Shown here: positions 36,617 to 40,914 of the stretch, piece by piece
How positions within the stretch are numbered: the stretch's first letter is position 1
How the letters are laid out: the number at the start of each line of letters is the position of its first letter
Assembly (NCBI GenBank): GCA_040880145.1
Contig: JBBDIZ010000010.1
Span: 1 to 40,914 of the forward strand
DNA length: 40,914 nucleotides
Direction: 5' to 3'
Source of the DNA: Simkaniaceae bacterium
GTDB lineage: Bacteria; Chlamydiota; Chlamydiia; Chlamydiales; JAJFMI01
Made by a program: the position numbers and the translations under genes
The notes under the pieces: generated by a model
The model's database searches: none
What the model saw: the letters and a program-made list of their open reading frames with translations, nothing else
What the model was told of the DNA's origin: nothing

Positions 36617-38405
36617 TATAAAAAAACTCGATCGTTTTCCAACAACTTGCGGCGTTTACTTGATGAGAGGATCCCAAAACAAAGTCCTCTATATTGGTAA
36701 AGCCAATAATTTAAAAATGCGCGTCAAACAGTATTTTGCAAAGGGGCGGGATGAACGGAAAATGGTCCCCTTCCTGATCAAACAGATTCTCTCGATCGAT
36801 ACCATCGTCACTCTCACAGAAAAAGAAGCGCTTATCTTAGAAAATAACCTCATAAAAGAGCACAAACCTAAATACAATGTTCTTTTAAAAGATGATAAAA
36901 CCTTCATTACGCTTATGGTGAATCATCGGCACAATTGGCCAATGATAAGACTTTTACGCCTCCGCGAAAAACCCAAAAAAGATGGCCTCTACTTTGGTCC
37001 CTTTACAAGCGCATTTGCAGCTCGACGGACACTCGATCTTATGCAGCGCATCTTCCCTTTAAGGCAATGCTCAGACAGTGAACTCAAAAGACGGATCCGC
37101 CCCTGTCTTCTCTATGGCATCAAACGCTGCTTAGCCCCTTGCGTCAACAAATGCACTAAAACAGAGTATGAGAAGCAAGTCAAAGGAGCCATTGAGTTCC
37201 TAAAAGGAAAAGATGATAAAATCATTGAGAATTTAAGAAAAGAGATTGAACTCGCCTCAGAAAATCTTGAGTTTGAAAAAGCAGAGCAGCTTTCACAAAC
37301 GCTGCGTCAAATCGAAACGATCACAAAAAGCTCCAAAACAACCGTGCAAAGCGACTTTAAAAACTCCGATGTCATTGGCCTTTATCAAGAGATCAACCAT
37401 CTCTTGATTGTTCAAATGATCTTTCGAGAAGGCCGCTTAATTGGACAAGAATCGTTTAACTTTTCAAGCGTTGCCTCAAATGAAGAAGAAAGCATCGAAA
37501 CCTTTCTCCTTCAACACTACCAGTCAACCCCCCACCTTCCGGATGAAATCCTCATCCCCTTTCCTCTAGAAAAAGCCCAAGTTATAAGCGAGCTCATCCA
37601 TGTAAAACTGGTTTCTCCAATGAAAGGAGGAAAAAAGAAACTCATCAAGCTTGCAGAAACCAATGCCAAACATCTTTTTCAACAATTCTCAGATGAAAAA
37701 GCGCTAAATGAAACCCGCCTCAATGAGCTAAGAGAGCAGTTGAACCTCACGCAAACTCCCATTCGGATCGAATGCTTCGATACTTCGAACACCTCTGGGG
37801 ATGACCCTGTAGCCTCTATGATCGCTTTTACTGAGGGTGTGAAAGACAAAAAACGCACACGACTGTATAAAATCAAGGGTAAAAGTGATGATTACAGCGC
37901 TATGAGAGAAGTCCTCTCTAGACGCTTGATTCGGTCACTCAAAGAAGATGATCTCCCTGACCTTATCATAGTGGACGGAGGAAAAGGACAACTTAATGTT
38001 GCAAAAGAAGTCTTAAAAGAGCTTGAAATCGCTACCATTGACCTGATAGCCATCACAAAAGAAGAAGCAAGACACGACAAAGGCCTCACAAAAGAAAAAA
38101 TCTTTTTCCCACACAAAAAAGAACCCCTTTCTCTTGACAAAACCAGCCCCCTTCTCTTTTTTCTACAACAAATACGTGATGAATCTCATCGAATTGCCAT
38201 TGAATTTCAAAGAAAAAACCGGAAGAAGAAACTGATTAAAAGCGTGCTCGATGAAATTGAAGGCATTGGCCCTCAAAAGAAAAAGCGGCTTCTCAACCAC
38301 TTTAGAAGCATAAAACGCATTGAAGAAGCCGGCAAAGAGGAGCTGAAACAAGTCCTAAGTCAAAAAGATGCAGAGACCATCCATCTATTTTTCAAAAATC
38401 GTTAA
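36609..38405 (+). CDS. uvrC: excinuclease ABC subunit C
   Basis: GVY..YIGKA GIY-YIG, Cys cluster, RIECFD.S, DGGKGQ, RDESHR, HhH GIG. Confidence 0.97.
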   Translation: MFDIKKLDRFPTTCGVYLMRGSQNKVLYIGKANNLKMRVKQYFAKGRDERKMVPFLIKQILSIDTIVTLTEKEALILENNLIKEHKPKYNVLLKDDKTFITLMVNHRHNWPMIRLLRLREKPKKDGLYFGPFTSAFAARRTLDLMQRIFPLRQCSDSELKRRIRPCLLYGIKRCLAPCVNKCTKTEYEKQVKGAIEFLKGKDDKIIENLRKEIELASENLEFEKAEQLSQTLRQIETITKSSKTTVQSDFKNSDVIGLYQEINHLLIVQMIFREGRLIGQESFNFSSVASNEEESIETFLLQHYQSTPHLPDEILIPFPLEKAQVISELIHVKLVSPMKGGKKKLIKLAETNAKHLFQQFSDEKALNETRLNELREQLNLTQTPIRIECFDTSNTSGDDPVASMIAFTEGVKDKKRTRLYKIKGKSDDYSAMREVLSRRLIRSLKEDDLPDLIIVDGGKGQLNVAKEVLKELEIATIDLIAITKEEARHDKGLTKEKIFFPHKKEPLSLDKTSPLLFFLQQIRDESHRIAIEFQRKNRKKKLIKSVLDEIEGIGPQKKKRLLNHFRSIKRIEEAGKEELKQVLSQKDAETIHLFFKNR

Positions 38406-38882
38406 ATAAAACTCATCCTTATAATTGAAATGGCGCGCGAGTAAAACCTCTAATTCATTTTCGATACGGCTTATGAGCCCATCATCTTTCGGCGCCAAAA
38501 AATGAGCCTCTATTTCGATTCGATTTTTTGGAGAAAGTTTGACTTCAATGGCAGAGTCTTCATTTGGAAACGAGTCTTTCCAATACTTCATAATATATTC
38601 TCTAATCAACGCCTGATCGATAAAAGCCTTATGAGCCCCCATTTTGATTCGATAGTACCGACGATTATTGATGCGAAAAAACCCCAAAAACAAGAACGCT
38701 CCAAGAGCAATAACTCCAAGACCAAGCTTAAAAAAGAAGAAAGGATTGTAAGATAGAAGTTCGATTAAATGACCTCGAAATGAAGAGGCAAAAGGAATCG
38801 ATAATAAAAACCCTCCCAAAGCGAGAAGAAGTGAAGTCAGCAAAAGTTGAATAACCGATGAAAAAGCCTGAGAAAAATTCAC
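38385..38882 (-). CDS. membrane protein, possible AmaP-like partner of Asp23
   Basis: Two N-terminal TM helices plus alpha/beta tail; coupled to the Asp23 gene. Confidence 0.65.
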   Translation of the reverse strand: MNFSQAFSSVIQLLLTSLLLALGGFLLSIPFASSFRGHLIELLSYNPFFFFKLGLGVIALGAFLFLGFFRINNRRYYRIKMGAHKAFIDQALIREYIMKYWKDSFPNEDSAIEVKLSPKNRIEIEAHFLAPKDDGLISRIENELEVLLARHFNYKDEFYLTIFEK

Positions 38883-39337
38883 TATAAATCCTCGGGAAGC
38901 TCCTCTTCTAACACCAGAACCTCTTCTTCTTCCTCCATCTGATCCATTTCATCGATCTCGGGAATCAAATTTTTAAAAACGACATGAACGCATCCAACAT
39001 GGAGACCCGTTAGCTTTGAAATTTCAGTTGTCAATTTTGACTGAATCTCTAAAGCCTTTTCAGGGATCGAAAGCCCATAGGCCACATTCACCTCAACTTT
39101 GACATTGACCGAGTGGTTTTTTTGATCCTGATCGATATGAATACCCTTAACACGCCCGCCCTCTTCACGACCGAGCAAGCTATCCAGGAGATTCCCCTCT
39201 AGAAATGCCACACCCTCTATCATAGCCAAGCACTTTGCTGTAATCGCATGAAACACGCTATTATCAATATCGCGAGCATAAACAGTATCCGGAAGATCGA
39301 GCTCTTTGGTATCGAGCTCCTTGAATTGATCTTGCAT
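38882..39337 (-). CDS. Asp23/Gls24 family envelope stress protein
   Basis: KGI.I...V.VEVNVAYG.SIPE.A..IQ......TGL.V..VHV; acidic tail; AGGAG SD. Confidence 0.88.
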   Translation of the reverse strand: MQDQFKELDTKELDLPDTVYARDIDNSVFHAITAKCLAMIEGVAFLEGNLLDSLLGREEGGRVKGIHIDQDQKNHSVNVKVEVNVAYGLSIPEKALEIQSKLTTEISKLTGLHVGCVHVVFKNLIPEIDEMDQMEEEEEVLVLEEELPEDL

Positions 39338-39364
39338 ATTTCTCCTATAAAGTTTTCTAACAAT

Positions 39365-39392
39365 ATTGTAACATAATACGATGAAAATTCAA
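39365..39392 (-). promoter_or_regulatory. promoter of the Asp23 operon
   Basis: TTGAAT-16 nt-TACAAT with TG extended -10. Confidence 0.55.
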
Positions 39393-39434
39393 GAGAATTT
39401 AGATTCGACGACAAGTATAATTTTTATAATATAG

Positions 39435-39869
39435 GTGCTCAGTATGAAACCCATAACTTTTACGATGTCCCCTCTTTTTATGATCCTGATGACCTTAGTC
39501 ACAGCGACGATGACCGGGTACATGGCACGCCAAAGAGGCCGAAACCCCATCATCTGGTTTATACTAGGCGGATTATTTGGGCTCTTTGCCTTTATGACGC
39601 TATTAATTTTGTCAAAAAAAGAACTCGAGCCGGCTTATCCTACACCGGCTTTTCTACCTAAAACAGCCATCAAGCCCACACCGCCCCCCTCACCGCTTTG
39701 GTATGCGCTTTCAAAATCAGGCTCACAAGAAGGCCCCATGAGCCTTGAAGCCCTTAAGGACTCTCTTAAGAAGGGACAAATCACGCCCTCCACCTATATT
39801 TGGAATGAAACAATGGATGACTGGGAGCGCTTAAAAAAAGTCCCCGATCTAAATGAAACCGAATTTTGA
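39435..39869 (+). CDS. membrane protein with GYF_2 (DUF4339) domain
   Basis: A..RGRN...WF..G..FG TM hairpin; WY.......GP.S...L......G.I...TYIW...M.DW; exact start uncertain. Confidence 0.85.
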   Translation: MLSMKPITFTMSPLFMILMTLVTATMTGYMARQRGRNPIIWFILGGLFGLFAFMTLLILSKKELEPAYPTPAFLPKTAIKPTPPPSPLWYALSKSGSQEGPMSLEALKDSLKKGQITPSTYIWNETMDDWERLKKVPDLNETEF

Positions 39870-39881
39870 ATCATTTTCGGT

Positions 39882-40871
39882 CTAAGAAAGACAGCAGCTC
39901 AAAAGACTAAGGATAAAATTCCAAATTCGCTGAAGAAGCGCTAAACATTGATATTTCACCCACTCCAAACCCTTTAGGTTTTTCGCAACATCATCTGCAT
40001 CTTTGAATCTAGAAGCAGAAAGGTAAGCTTTTGCAAGACGCATTTGATATTGAGCTCTTTTTGGAAGATCCTGAATATCATTACAAAGATTTTTTACATC
40101 ATCAAGTAAATAATTATCTAGCGCACGATCAATTACCTTAATCAACAACTTGGAGTAATCGGGATAATTAATGTCATTAATATCGGAAAGGATTTTGGTA
40201 AATTTTATGGCCTTAGAAATCAAATCTTCTTCTAAACAATGGTTGATTTGGTTATGAATACATTCCTTTATTTCAATTGTATAAGATAAATTTTTAAAGT
40301 TTATGTCATTAAAATAAGTTCTAGCATCGTTATTTTCTAAAACCAATTTTATTATGAATTCTATAATGTAATTATTATCACCAAATGCAGAACCCAAGCC
40401 CAAGATTTTTTCAGCATTTTCTAGAATTTTATTCAGATTATTAAGTTGTAAACTTCTATTTACTATTTTTGTTAAAAGATTATAATCAATTCCACCGTCA
40501 TTCCTAGCGCTGTAAGCGGCCTTCAAAGCTTTAATCAAGCAATCTTCGTCTAAATATTTATTTGCAATTTTTAATAAGACATTTTTTTTATTTTTATTAA
40601 CACTTGCAATCCTTTCAGCTTCTTCATAAGCCTTATCAGTTAAATTTAATAAAATAAAAAATTCTGCAATTTCATGAGATTCATTTCTGTCCCATTCACT
40701 TAATTCTATTGTCCCGTTGCTTATATCTTGAGAAACGTTATAATTGTTTGAGAAAGATGCCCTATTTATTTTAGCAGATTTAAATAATTCTTTATTTTTT
40801 TTTGATGCTTCATCAGCTATTTTGGAAGCCTTATGATAATCCTTTTGCTCTAAATATTGGTAATCGGTCAC
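39882..40871 (-). CDS. AT-rich helical-repeat (TPR-like) protein with CaaX-like C-terminus
   Basis: Repeated KA...A..I / LLKI...L units; ends RIWNFILSLLSCCLS. Confidence 0.7.
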   Translation of the reverse strand: MTDYQYLEQKDYHKASKIADEASKKNKELFKSAKINRASFSNNYNVSQDISNGTIELSEWDRNESHEIAEFFILLNLTDKAYEEAERIASVNKNKKNVLLKIANKYLDEDCLIKALKAAYSARNDGGIDYNLLTKIVNRSLQLNNLNKILENAEKILGLGSAFGDNNYIIEFIIKLVLENNDARTYFNDINFKNLSYTIEIKECIHNQINHCLEEDLISKAIKFTKILSDINDINYPDYSKLLIKVIDRALDNYLLDDVKNLCNDIQDLPKRAQYQMRLAKAYLSASRFKDADDVAKNLKGLEWVKYQCLALLQRIWNFILSLLSCCLS

Positions 40872-40914
40872 GGGGCCCTAAAAGCCAGGGCAGATTGTAG
40901 GATATGGGGTTCCT

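Noticed and set aside
1312..39414. Many short antisense or alternate-frame ORFs (for example 1312-1560, 6108-6458, 12577-12906, 13259-13480, 33085-33375, 33790-34182)
   Set aside because: Shadow ORFs of real genes or of repeats; no motifs or start signals
1..40914. CRISPR array, prophage, intact IS or integrase
   Set aside because: No regularly spaced repeats and no transposase, integrase or phage ORFs seen

Overview
Chromosomal segment from a member of the phylum Chlamydiota, most likely an environmental non-Chlamydiaceae lineage. Supporting signs: fused glyQS, SEC-C-headed MetAP, rpmB followed by an HKD phospholipase D, and the order ispE-rplI-rpsR-rpsF-pth-rplY-glgA-pgsA-glyQS-dnaG-mutS-uvrC-Asp23-GYF, which matches my recollection of C. 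trachomatis CT788-CT804. prs, hldD/hldE and a beta-carbonic anhydrase are additional. Most of the window is housekeeping, plus one tRNA-Gln(TTG), with AT-rich orphan genes interspersed (Inc-like and effector-like). Main leads: (1) a two-gene cassette (small 2-TM protein plus secreted protein with a glycine-rich hydrophobic hairpin) bracketed by TATACC-type inverted repeats; (2) at least 8 genes with -10 boxes 6-8 nt before ATG, suggesting leaderless mRNAs; (3) ispE appears to need a CTG start; (4) HldE with a degenerate adenylyltransferase domain; (5) an AstE/AspA-family enzyme with NR changed to EG, coupled to a Pht-like MFS transporter; (6) an identical 24-bp element just downstream of two promoters; (7) a helical-repeat protein ending in a CaaX-like motif. 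No CRISPR array, rRNA or intact transposase was seen. All calls are by eye; no searches were run.
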